From NCBI GenBank assembly GCA_016748015.1, contig JAAOMT010000515.1:1-64000 (forward strand): DNA of 64,000 nt, read 5' to 3'. The DNA comes from Geosiphon pyriformis uo1 (Eukaryota; Fungi; Glomeromycota). The translations under genes and the position numbers were made by a program. This document shows positions 1 through 11,520 of this stretch, in pieces; position 1 is the first letter of the stretch, and each line of letters begins with the position of its first letter. The notes beneath the pieces are model-generated. The model made no database searches. It was not told the DNA's origin and was given only the letters and a program-made list of their open reading frames with translations.

Positions 1-215
1 AGAAAATACTTTCTTTTTGATATTTCAACCTGGTGCTTGCTGCTATCACCAGTTGGTGTTGGCTGCTATTGTGAACTGGTGCTTGCCACTATCGCAAGAT
101 GGTGTTTGCTACTATGTTAATCATTACCTTTCTAAGATTATTACTGTGCTATATTATGATTGAATAGTTTGTATTATTTTTATGATTCTTTTTGCTAAAT
201 TCTTAAACCGTAACA
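1..215 (-). mobile_element. End of an unassigned LTR (family 'D'), with four ~23-bp tandem units, inserted in a GyA LTR
   Basis: Ends ...CCGTAACA (211-215), like the TGTTA/TAACA termini of the other LTRs. Units TGGTGYTTGCTGCTATY lie at about 31-116. It is followed directly by GyA LTR sequence. Confidence 0.45.
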
Positions 216-285
216 ACGATCACTATCTAAAAATAGGGTGGCTAATTATATGACATCATTGGCTAATACATGTGATAATTAATAA
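216..285 (-). repeat. GyA LTR fragment (U3 end)
   Basis: Near-identical to 1870-1936 (CTATCTAAAAATAGG..GGCTAATTATATGACATCA..GGCTAATACATGTGATAA). Confidence 0.85.
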
Positions 286-416
286 AGCTTTCCGCTTGTG
301 GTTAGCCACATCTTGTAATATGTATTATTAGGTAAGCTGGCTTTATGAAACTGCCACATTACTGTGGAATAACTAATAAATGACCGGCGTGGCTACACGT
401 TAACAAAAAAAAAAAA
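286..416 (+). mobile_element. 3' end and polyA tail of a HAL1-like ORF1-only retroposon
   Basis: Reverse-complement match to 29112-29237. Ends GGCTACACGTTAAC + A12, then GyA integrase-region sequence. Confidence 0.8.
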
Positions 417-418
417 TA

Positions 419-1258
419 ATGGAATTTTTGGATAAAGGACAATACCCACCAGAATACAATCAACAGCAAAGAGAACATTTGCGCAAACAATCAAATTTCT
501 ATTTGATCCACCAGAACCAACTATACAAAAGATACAGAAAAGATCCTGACCACCCCCAGAAAGTCATAAGATTTGAAGAAAGAGAAATTGTGATCTATAA
601 CATGCACACTGATCCATTAGCTGGACACTTTGGAAAAACAAAAACAATTCAGAAAACTCTAGCTCACTATTATTGGCCTATTTTGGAAAAAAACAGTACT
701 GAGTATATTAAAACCTGTGATATCTGCCAAAGAAGAGGAAAACCCAATAGAAAAAAAGATATCCATCCAATTTCTGTTGGCCAACCATTTGACAGGATTG
801 ATATAAATGTTGTTGGACCCTTAACAATAATCCCTAATGGCAACAGATACATTATCACAGCTACTGACTATCTTACAAAATGGGTAGAAGCAAGAGCCAC
901 TTCAGACCAAACAGCAGTTTTAATAGCCAATTTCATTTATGAAGATATTATTTGCCATCATGGCTGCCCCAGAGAACTTTTATCTGATAGAAGAAAAGCT
1001 TTTCTCAGTACACTGGTTGAAGAACTTTGTAGAAAAATGGAATATGTCACAAACTTTCCTCCTTTTATCACCCCCAAACAAATGGCCTAGTGAAATGTTT
1101 TAATAGAACACTATGTGAAACTCTAGCCAAAACAAGTGAAGAAACAAACCTATGGGACAAAGTACTGTCTTCAGCTTTGTTTGTTTATAGAACTGTAAAT
1201 CATAACATAACAAGTTATGAATCTTTTTATCTGCTTTATGGATGCATGACAACACTAT
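419..1258 (+). pseudogene. Ty3/Gypsy integrase, N-terminal and core (GyA A1)
   Basis: HHCC zinc motif (HTDPLAGHFG...CDIC) and core motifs DINVVGPL, TDYLTKW, LLSD; frameshifted near 1060-1090. Confidence 0.9.
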
Positions 1259-1960
1259 TGTTACAGATTGGAGTAACAAGCTAATGAATAGCAAGGGAAA
1301 ACAGGATTGTAGGGTGATGGAAATAATCAAAGGGGAATTCAACTTTAAAGAGTGAATTGAATAAGTATGGATTCAATGTGCGAGATCAGTCTCATAAAAT
1401 ATCTCAGTCGCTATTCTTTTCAAAGGTAACTGGGGAATTTGAAAGTAGAGAGATAGTCCATACTGTCAACAATTGATCACCACTGGTATAATTCTATGTC
1501 TCATGTTGGCACTCTTAGAATTCAATATCAGGTATCAACTTGTGCTTTTCAGTCATGTTTATTCAAATAATCTTCAAATGCTACAATTATATACATCAAG
1601 AAAAGGCCAACAAGTAATTTTTTATCTTTAAGATGTTCAGATACTTGAAGGTAGGAAAAAAGAAATTAGCAATAAGAGAATGTTTGAGATGAAAGTTGTT
1701 TTATTATATTTCTTTGATTGTTAGGAACATACTTTTCTACAGCTAAGAAACTCATTGCTTATATAGCTATGAAAAGTGGTCAACGACCAGATCAATGATC
1801 AGGTCAATGATCAGGTCAATGGTTAGGTCATTGATCAGGTCAATGATCAGATCAATAATCAGGTCAATAATTACTATCTAAAAATAGGTTGGCTAATTAT
1901 ATGACATCAATGGCTAATATATGTGATAACTAATAAAAACTATGAGTTTCAACTGTAACA
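1259..1960 (-). repeat. GyA 3' LTR of A2
   Basis: TGTTACAG...CTGTAACA ends, adjacent PPT, 12-bp tandem array 1777-1872, TATA-like TATATAAG on the minus strand near 1758-1765. Confidence 0.92.
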
Positions 1961-2370
1961 TCATTCTCTTCAAAGAGATTGAGCTCCAGCAAAATCAAAC
2001 TATTTATGGGATATTCTAATTGAAGGGTTTTATCTAACTCAAAACTAACTAGTTTGTTAAAGTCTTTTGTGGATAAAGTATATAGTACTTGAGACAAAAT
2101 GAGCTTTGTATCCAAGAGACTAAACTTTTGTATAAGAGTTTTGGTTCTTCTGGCAATGGTTAAAACTCTTGAGACATCCAACCATATAATGCCCAAAATT
2201 TCTACTTGTATCTCAGAAGTTGTTTTCTTCATAAGCTTCATGTCTTCTATGATTTCACCAAGATGACCATAGAGCTCTAGTTGTCTTCCATATAACAAGT
2301 TTTTGTCTATGAGCAAGATTTTTTTAATTGTTTTTCCAATTGTGGTGGAAAGTACAAGTATTGCTACTGT
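1930..2370 (-). pseudogene. GyA ORF3 (post-integrase accessory ORF), C-terminal part; N-terminal part at 12372-12588
   Basis: ORF 1930-2316 matches 20555-21022, 24131-24583 and 39715-39943. It runs over the PPT into the LTR and is split by the GyB insertion. Confidence 0.75.
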
Positions 2371-3193
2371 TGTTACAGGTGACTATTTCTGGTGTTGGAT
2401 TAAATAACAAATCTATAACTTGGTGTGCAAAGTGATTGATGACAATGATAATCTGAAGGTATTTTATCTGAAAAGTTTGGTTGAGTTCTTTGTATAATAG
2501 ACAGAGATTCAATGGTAATAGTTTTCTTTATAGCTTTCCAAAACCGCAGTTTTGTCAATTTTTTTCTTAGCTTAGTGGCTGGTATTTCTTCTGGTAAGCT
2601 ATCCTCAATCGAGTGTTCTATCCTTATTTCTGGGTCTTTTACCAGTCACATTTATCCTGACGTCAGTGCCCCATGTGTTAATCCTCAATAAAGTTAGTAA
2701 ACAACAATAAAATCAAAGCAAAAAAATAAAGAAAAAAAAAAAAATAAAGAAAAAAAAAAAATAAGCCAAGATGATTTGCAAGTTAGTATTCTGTCAATAG
2801 CTGTAATCAAGAGCTATTGTTCTAGTGTGGTTAAGTATCAATTACTATCAACATGAAGTGTTGATAGTGGAAATGGATTTGAGATAACAAATAGTTATTT
2901 ATTAGATGATTGTGATTTGGAGAGTTGCTTAGATTAAATCTAAACTGAGAGATTTGTCTTTTCAGCTTCTAATCCTACTGCTATATATACATAATTGAGA
3001 TTCCTCAATTCCTCAATTCTTTACAACAGGAATCCTGGAATTCTGGAATCCTGTAATTTTTTGTGAGAATTCTGTAATTTCTGAAATCTTGTAATTCCTG
3101 AGAGGAATCCTGGAATTCCACATTTTACAACGTCTACTTCTGATTGGCTAATAACTATGCTAATATATATTCCTTATATTTCTATAAGTAACA
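2371..3193 (-). repeat. GyB 3' LTR of B1
   Basis: TGTTACAGGTG...GTAACA; near-identical to 11521-12367; GGAATCCTG/GAATTC repeats at about 3030-3120. Confidence 0.92.
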
Positions 3194-3212
3194 TTATTCT
3201 TTCCTTTTAATA

Positions 3213-3746
3213 TTAAGCTCTGTTAAAATCTAACTCTGTTAATTCTCCTTCTTGAAGTATTTCCTGAATTTCATTTTCGAGAATTACTTGTGTTATTTGA
3301 GTCTGTAATTTTTCAAATTGAGTATTGGTAATCTTTCCTAATTGATTACTGGTAACCGTATTCATTGCTTTATTGAGTAAGACTTCTGGTTGATCCTGAA
3401 ATGCTGTGTGTATTTAGTATATGGCTCAGGCCTGTGTGGATAAGTTGTTTTTTCCCACAAAATGTTCTAATTGTTGTAGTATTCTTGTGTCGAATAATCA
3501 CTTTGTTTTATCTGTATATAGATTCTGAATATTCACGTGTTGTTCTAAGTAAAAATAACAATAGTTTCTTGGAAATTGTTGTATCCACCAATTCCAAGTT
3601 TTTTTAGTCAACTCTTGGTATAGTGATGTCTTTTTAGTGTCTTGATATCAGATGGTTTGTTGATTAATTGTAATTTTTATCTCTTGGTATTGAATTAATT
3701 GAAAGAGTTGTTGTGCTAATGAGTAGATATTATCTGTAATTTCCAT
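3213..3746 (-). pseudogene. GyB ORF3 (post-integrase accessory ORF)
   Basis: Reconstructed across stops and frameshifts: MEITDNIYSLAQQLFQ...QARAIYQIHTAFQDQPEVLLNKAMNTVTSNQLGKITNTQFEKLQ...; ends at the PPT. Confidence 0.6.
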
Positions 3747-3949
3747 TTTTCTGATATTTCTTGTCACGTCTACCATGTTCTTATATATTCTTTTTATGGA
3801 TTAATTTAACGTGTTATTGTCAATAGTAATGATTGGTTCCAGATCTTGTGGAATCTCTTCTGGTTGGATTAGTATTTTCTGTACTCCTAATTGTGGAATA
3901 TTACTGGTGGATGGTGGTGTGATGTTGTAGTATGGTTTCAGTTGATCTC

Positions 3950-5182
3950 TATGTGCTGCTTTGGTTAAAATTTTGTTATCTAGTCTTAATTTGTAAGCTC
4001 CATTCTTTAGAATTTCTTCTATGTAAAATGGTCTATCCCATTTGGGTTCAAATTTTCCACTTCATTGTTTTTCTGCTTTGGTATGATATAAGAGTACTTT
4101 GTCTTCAATCTTGAATTCAATTGGTTTGTTTGGTAGTTGATTATTATGTCTTTCTTTCTGTTTTTTTTGTGACTTTTGTATGTTATTAGCTGCTCTTCTT
4201 TGTTTGTTTTCCAATGTTTCCATTAAGTCATATGTTCTTCTTAACAATGTTTCTTGAAAATTCTCTTCTATTATTGGTTCAGTTGGATATGTATTAACCT
4301 CTATCTCAACTGGTAATATTGCTGTTCTACCATATATCAATTCAAATGGTGTTGCTTGTGTGGTGTCTTGCTTCATTGTCCGATAAGCAAATAATACTGA
4401 TAGTATGAACAAATTCCATTCATCCTGGTTTTTTTGGCTGAGTTTTGCTATTACTTTACACAATGTTCTATTAAATCTTTCAACTAATCCATTGGTTTGT
4501 GGATGATATGGTAATGATAGTGGTCTCTTAATTCCGAATTTTGGCTTAGTTCTGCTAATGTTCTATTCACAAAATGGGTTCCTTGGTCTAATAATAGTTC
4601 TTTTGGACATCCATGTCAACAAATCAAATCTTGATAAACAAATTTGGCAATGGATTTTGCATCCGCTCTTTGAATTGCTTTTGCTTTTGGCCATTTTGTA
4701 AGGTAGTCCATGGCTACTGCAATATATCTGTTGCCTCTGCTGGTAATTGTCAATGATCTAACTAAATTGATTCCAATGTGGTCAAATGATTGTCCCACTT
4801 TGATTGGTCTCAATGGTTCACTGGGTCTTGTTCCTCCTCTTCTTTGACAAGCATCACAATTTTGCACATATTGGATGATGTCTGGATATATTGATGGCCA
4901 ATAGTATCTCTTTCTGGTTCTTTCCATAGTTGCTTCTTTATGAAAATGTCTTGCAGTTAGATCTGAGTGCATGTTGAACAGTATTGTCTCTTTTTCTGGT
5001 TCTGTAATTACTCTGGTTGGTTGATCTAAATCTTTTTTATTTTTCTGATAAAGTATATTTTGGTGAGTGATAAAATATTTGGATTGTTGTTTGATCCTCT
5101 TTTGTTCTGGTTGAGATAATTTCTCCTTGAACTGTTGAGTATCTATATAATGTTGAAGTTGGTGATATTTTTGTGTGTTCAT
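3950..5182 (-). pseudogene. GyB integrase
   Basis: HSDLTARHFH...CDAC zinc motif, GINLV, MDYLTKWP, LVERFNRTL, FAYRT...TPFELIYGR, GPF-like WDRPFYI; no chromodomain seen. Confidence 0.9.
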
Positions 5183-5329
5183 CTTTTGTTATATTTTCAT
5201 GAGTATTGTTTTGGTTTTGTTATATTTTTGGGTTGAAATGTTCTTGGATTTGTCTTATTTACAACAAATTGTCAACATTTCCATTGTCTTTTCCCTTTTT
5301 ATAATGTATAGTATAAGTATATAGTAAAA

Positions 5330-6490
5330 GTGCCATTTTCTATCTTGACTGTCTTCTGTCTCCAAATTTTTGTTTTTGGAGTAATGTCAATCCTTTGTGA
5401 TCTGTATACACCTCAAACTTTTTGCTCAAGTATTCTTTCCATTTCATAACTGCCCAGTAGATTGCTAGATGTTCTAATTCTGATGTTCCATAATTCTTTT
5501 TGGCTGGAGTCAAACCTTAGCTAGCATATGCAACTGGATGTTCTCTTCTATCCAATCCTCTCTGAGATAGTACTGCTCCCAATGCTTGACCTGATGCATC
5601 AGTGGTAATAATGAATGGTTTACTATGATCTGGATAGATCAATACTGGAGCTTGAATAAGCTTTCTTCTTAAGATGTCAAATGCTTCTTGCTGAGTTTCA
5701 GTCCATTTATACTTTGCATTTTTGGTTTGAAAATCATTGAGTGGTTGTGCTATCTTTGAAAAGTTCTTTATGAAGCATCTATAATAGCTTGTGAATCTCA
5801 AGAATGATTTCAGCTTGATTATGTTGGTTGGTATTGGAAAGTTCTTTACTATCTCTATTTTCTCTGAATCTGTTTTTATGTCATCTTTGCTAACTATGTG
5901 TTCCAAGAATTTTAGTTTTGTTTTGTCGAAAAAACACTTTGTTGCATTCAATTTTAATCCTGCTCATCGTAGTCTTTCGAACACTTGTTGGAGATAATGT
6001 AGATAATCATTGAATGTTTTTGAGAACACATTGGTGTCATCCAAGTATACAATTACTGATTTCCACAATAAGCTGGTGTACATGATTTTCATTAGCCATT
6101 GGAATGTAGCTGGAGTGTTGGTTAAGCTGAATGGCATAACTTCAAACTCAAAGTTTCCCTCTCTTGTGGTGAACACCATTTTTTCTTTGTTGGCTGGATC
6201 CATGGCTACTTGTCAGTAACCACTATCCAAGTCTAACATTGAGAACCATTTGTTTCCACCAAAAGCATTGAATAGTTTTTGTATTCATGGAGTTGAATAG
6301 CTGTCTCCATGAGTTACATGATTGAGTTTTCTGTAATCCACACAAAATCAGATTTTTCTATTCTTCTTACGAACAAGTACTACTGGTGATGACCATAGAC
6401 TTATTGATAGCTGAATTAATCTGTTGTCAAGCATTTGGTTGATCTCTTGGTGGATGATTTTATGGCTGGCTGGTGGTACTCTGTATGCTT
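5330..6490 (-). pseudogene. GyB reverse transcriptase and RNase H
   Basis: WSSPVVLV, FCVDYRKLN, VMPFSLTNTPATFQ, VYLDD, FIITTDASGQALGAVL, VAYAS. Confidence 0.92.
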
Positions 6491-7049
6491 ACTGTTTGAC
6501 TGGCATTGCATCTCCAGTCTTGATCTGATGCTGGATAATATCAGTTCTGCCAAATTTATTTTTACTGGTGAAGATGTTATTGAAGTTATTGAGTAACATC
6601 TTTAGTTGCATCTGTTGAAGTGGATCTAGATTTCCCATGTTTATCTGTTCCAATTGTTTTGGCTGTAACAGATAACATTTATTTTGTCCGTAGATGGTTT
6701 GTGATGTAATGTTCACATATCCACAAAGCTGTGGAAAATCTGAAATACTGTTTGGTGCTTGATCTTCAATTTCTATGGTTAAATATCTGAGAGTGGTTCC
6801 TTCCAGTATCTCTACAACATTTCCAGTGTTGTTGTAGATAAGAATTTTGATATGGTTATGGCTTTTGGCTGGTATGTGTAGATTAATAAGTCCAATTTCT
6901 TCTGATTCACAAAGAGTTGCTTCTGCTTCAAAAATCTGTTTTTGCTCTTTTTTTCTCCTTTCTATTGCTAATATATATCAGTTATATGGTGGAATAGAAA
7001 TTGTTTGACCAAGTGAGATAATTTCTTCTTGGCCAATAATTTCTTTCTT

Positions 7050-7469
7050 TACCATATTGACTAGTACTTCTATTCTACCCATTAATCTAAATCCCTATAT
7101 CCTTCTTGCTGTTATCCCTAATTCTTCATTATTTTCTACTGACACTAATTGGGCTACTTTAACCAGAGACAGAAATATTGCCTGTGCTATCTTTTTATTT
7201 GGCTCTATAATATAAGCCTTTTCTGAGTTATTTTGTAGCATAGCAATGATATTTCTTACATATCCTGCATCAATTATTCTTCCTCTGATGTTTATCCCTC
7301 TTTTTGCTAAACTACTCCTCGAAGCTAGTTGCACCATTGTTGTTGCTAGAATTTCCAAGGCTATTTTGAGATCTATGCAGGTGTGTGAATGGGTTTCCAA
7401 TTTAATGGCCTCTTTTCCAAGATATTTCAGATCAAATCCAGCATCTGTATTATGCGCGCATTCTGGCAT
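7050..7469 (-). pseudogene. dut: dUTPase domain within GyB pol
   Basis: Trimeric dUTPase motifs in order: AGFDL, ASRSSLA, IIDAGY, IAQAI, and a decayed R..GFG-like motif V (ARRI*GFRLMG). Confidence 0.88.
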
Positions 7470-7739
7470 AATATCTTTATTGTTATTGCTGAATCATTTA
7501 AGTTCCTGCTCCTTGGTGAGGTTAGGGAGCATGATATATTGTTTATAGTTTAAATCAGAGTTTAAATCAGAGTTGGAATCATTGTCATTGTTAATGCCAT
7601 TTTGAACAAAGCTGGAACTAGTGTTTTTGTCATCATCTTTGTCGGAGTTTGAATTGGGATTGAAAATCGATTCCAATTCCAATGTGCAGTTGCTGATTGG
7701 TTCTTCCTCTTCAGGGATCATGTAAATCATGCATGGTGG

Positions 7740-8380
7740 TGGATTGTAAATAAGATCACACTCATTACAATACTAGAAGTCACATGAGATCAAACAGTGG
7801 TCACATAGTCAGGTGTTTATTTCTTCCAAACATTGCTCTTGTTCTTCTCTAGTAAATGTTAATCTCTGATAGTGTTCATGAAATTGTTCTGGATCTAGAA
7901 AATTTATGACTGGTTCTGGGTTTCAGTCAAGTTCTATGAGTTCTGGTGAGTTGTTTTTGATCTCCTTAATCTCTTTTAGCAACACACCTTTGATTTTTAC
8001 AGTCGCCATTTGCCATATTTCATTGTCATTATGTGAACAACTGTCCAATTACTGTAAGGCTTTTTTCCAAGTGGCTTCTATCGGTGTTCCTTTTTGTATC
8101 CAGTCACTGATAAGGATCGTGTATTGACACAATACGTCACATGTTCCTCCACGTTCAGGAATGTTGTTCCACATTTCTTCATCGAGAAAGATCTCCCCAT
8201 AAGCTAAGCATGGTTGGTTGTCTTATTTCTCTACTCATTCTGATTTCCCAAAGCATTTAAAGATGCATGGGCAGCAATAGAACTTAGTTGCTGTTGAATA
8301 TTTCTCATCATCGCCACAGCATGTGCCCATTGATGACAATTTCTTGCCACAATCAATGCATATAAGCTTAAGTTGATAAT
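7740..8380 (-). pseudogene. Cys-rich domain of unknown function between protease and dUTPase (GyB)
   Basis: CIDC, CCG, YCCPC, CLAY(C), CDVLC, CDHC...YCNEC; homolog in B2 at about 49730-50370. Confidence 0.65.
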
Positions 8381-8779
8381 AAGTGGATCATTGTGGTATA
8401 GTGTAGGTATTATAAGTGATGGTGGTTTGGGTGGTCTCTTCTTCTCTTTTTTTCTCTTTCCCTTTATCTTTTTTGTTTTCTTCCCATTCCCAGCTGGAAG
8501 TCAGTTTATTCTCATTATTGTTGGTCCATGTCAGGTCATCAATTTCCCAAGTAAGTTCTTCCTTCTGTTTTCTTTTCCCGTTATCATCCCAGGTGAGTAT
8601 TGGCAGCAGTTTGTTGTGGTTGATGTCAGCTCATAACACTTGGTACACTTCCCAGGTAGGTTTCGGCTTCTTTTCCTTAAAGTTGATTAGTGGTGCTGTG
8701 GTGTTGGTCACCTTGAAGTGGTTACACATTACTGGTACTCACATGTGTTGCCCATTCTGGCTGAGTACTAATTCTTAAG

Positions 8780-9100
8780 TCATCTAATCGAGCATGGCAT
8801 TGGTTTTGAACAGCCAGTCATTACCAACTAGGGCTTGGTATTGGGTGGTGTTCATTACTAGAACTTTGATGGGTACTATGATACCATTGATTTTTATAGG
8901 GAAATCATCTATCTCACTGATAGGTGTTTTTGTGGTGCCATCAGCAATAATAAATCTAGTGCTAGCAGCTTGATCAATTCGGTGACTTAATTAATCCATG
9001 AGTTGTTATGTAATAATACTGCCTGCTGAACCACTGTCAAGAATGAGTTTAATGGCGTGTTCATCGACTTTTGTATTAGTGTACATGGTGGTAATTGGTT
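8780..9100 (-). pseudogene. GyB aspartic protease
   Basis: IKLILDSGSAGSIIT ... ALVGNDW. Confidence 0.85.
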
Positions 9101-9419
9101 TCTTTTCAAAGACAGCATCACTGAATAATGGGGTGCTGGATGATTCTTTGAGTTTAAATAGAAAAATTGCTGCTAACAATTCGTTATTTGTGATGGTTGC
9201 TGGAGGTATATTGTTGGTAAGTGGCTGCTGTTGATTGAGTTTTGGTTTGTTGGTTTGGGCGTTTTCTGAAGTAATCAGGAGACTTAAGTAGTTCTGGGAA
9301 TTTGGGTTTTGGATAGAACCAGTACCCGAATTCTGCTGTCGAGAGCCTAATGGTTGGTAAGAGGAGCTGGGGATCAGTTGATAAACAACTATTGCCGATC
9401 TCCAGTTTTGAGTGATTCT

Positions 9420-11519
9420 AGGTCTTGGGTTTCCTGATGTCCTTTGAGTGGAGTTTTGGAGTGGTGTTTGACTTGGTTGTTGGGGCTGATAAATTATTTG
9501 GGGTTATGGCTGATAAATTACTGGTGGCTGCAGTTGATAAATTGGAGATTGATATACTGGCAGTTGATAGATTGGTTGCTGCATCATTGGCAGGTAAGTG
9601 GTTTGATATTGGTCTTGATTTGGGTAGTGATTCTGAGTCTGAAATCTGCGATCAGAGTTTTGGTATTGATTTCCTGATCATGAATTGTTGCTATAAAATC
9701 TGCAGTCTGCTCTTATGTGTTCTTGTTTACCACAGTTGTGGCAAACACACATTTTTGGCTGCCATGGCTGATTAGGTGCTGCTGATAATGATAATAGACA
9801 CGACTGATTTTGAAAATGATTCATGTTTCCTGAATTATTGTATCATTGTGGTGGTTAATAAATTGCGTAATTGTCAGCTAAGTATCCCTCTAATTTCTGA
9901 TTAATTGAATTACTGAATTGTTTCAATTTGGAATCCAATTCAGATGATCCATTCATCACTAGGTTCATGGCATGAGCATAATTGGCTTCTAATTCAGCAG
10001 ATTCAAAATCTCTGGCGTGTGTGACTGCGTTCTGGAAAGTGACTGGATGCAATGAGTGTACATGTTGCAGGATGCTACTGTGCAGGCCATGGATGAATTG
10101 ATTGAGAATTTGTGGTGCTGTAAAATAATTAGCATCAATTGCTTGGATTTGTCGCAGATTTTTATGGAAACGTCCCAAATATGTGATAACTGTTTCAGTT
10201 TCTTCTTGTTTAATTGTAGTGAAAGTGTTGGCTAATCTGTTGATGCTGTTGTTATTGTAAAAATATCTCAAAAATTCTAGTTTGAAGGCGTTGAAATCTT
10301 GGGGTTTGTTAACCAGACTTTGATACCATGAATTCATTGTATCCTTGAGAAAATAGAGTATGGCTTGTATGGCTCTGGCATTATTCCATCTATTGGCTGT
10401 GATGGTTTTTTCTATATTGTTTAGCCAAACTTGTGTGTTGTCCTCTTTGCTGGTGAATTTGTCAAGCTTCACGATTGGTGTGTATGTCATTTATTGTTGT
10501 TGCTGTGGTGGAAATTGTTGTTGTTGTTGAGGCAGTACTGGAGGTGATTGTTGATTTTGTTGGTTTGGTGTTTGAATGGGCTGGCCAATTGGTTCCACTA
10601 GTGGTTGATCAATGATGATAACTGGAGGCAAGTGCTGATTAATTACTTCAGGGTTTTGATTTTGTGGTGCTTGAAGATTTGGGGTTTTGATTTTTGGATT
10701 TTCTCGCTGAGTTTGAATGTTTAGGGTTCCAAATTCCGGGTTTTCAAGGATTGGGTTTTGGTAAGTAAATTTTTGATCTTCTGATTCTTCTTCTTCTTCT
10801 TCTTCTTCTTCAGATAGTTCTCACGAGGTAGTGGTTCCAAAGTCTGGTTGAGGTGGCGGTAATTGAATTCTTGATGATGTTGGTGATCACGATTTAAATC
10901 TCTCAAAATATTTGTCATATGGTCCTAGTAGATCTGTTTTCCTTTGTTTACTTTGGAATGGGAATCATCCAAATGTTGATATCGCATTTGATGTGGACAC
11001 ATTTGCTGATGTTATATTGATGGCGCTTCTTAGTGTGTAGTAATAGGATAGAGCAGTTGGTAATTCAATTCTTGTTTTCTTCCAAGTGGGTGGTTGTATT
11101 TTTTTGGATGTTATCACTGGTGTTTGTAGTTTTTTTTTGCCTTTACTGGCATAAGTAATTGGATATCTTTGTTGGGTGTGATGTTCAATTTTTTTGTTGA
11201 TCTTAGTGATGATAGATGTAAAATTATGATTTGTTAGTAAGCTGGTATTTTGGATTAATTTACTGTAGAAGGTTTCTCTTGCTGATTTGGTGTTTACTGG
11301 TGTTCTTAATAAGTAGACAATTCTCTTGTTGATGTAGAAATTAAAGGCTGATTCTGCAGATATGTGATTATGGTTTAATCTCAAGTGTTGACAGTAATGT
11401 TGAAATAAGGATTTCACGAATCCTAAATGGTTTGCTTTTATGTTTTCTGATTCTGCCACTTTTGGATGGGGTTGTTGGTGCTGATTTTCTGTAAGATTAT
11501 ACCTCACAGGGAGCACCAA
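9420..11519 (-). pseudogene. GyB gag (capsid plus CCHC knuckle) with a long N-terminal extension
   Basis: Capsid-like ORF 9855-10490 (ETVITYLGRF, FIHGL); knuckle CHNCGKQEHIRADC at about 9700-9745; upstream frame continues to 11519. Confidence 0.85.
11502..11518 (-). promoter_or_regulatory. Primer-binding site of GyB (elongator tRNA-Met-like)
   Basis: TGGTGCTCCCTGTGAGG lies 2 nt after the 5' LTR. Its complement CCTCAC-AGGGAGC-A-CCA has the layout T-stem, acceptor stem, discriminator, CCA. Confidence 0.8.
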
Positions 11520-11520
11520 A

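Noticed and set aside
1777-1872. CRISPR-like array
   Set aside because: Contiguous 12-bp tandem units without spacers, inside LTRs; no cas genes.
1930-2316. ORF3 as an envelope gene
   Set aside because: Too short, with no evident signal peptide, furin site or transmembrane anchor.
9300-9450. Frameshift signal for GyB gag-pol
   Set aside because: Frames overlap here, but I could not find a correctly phased slippery heptamer shared by B1 and B2.
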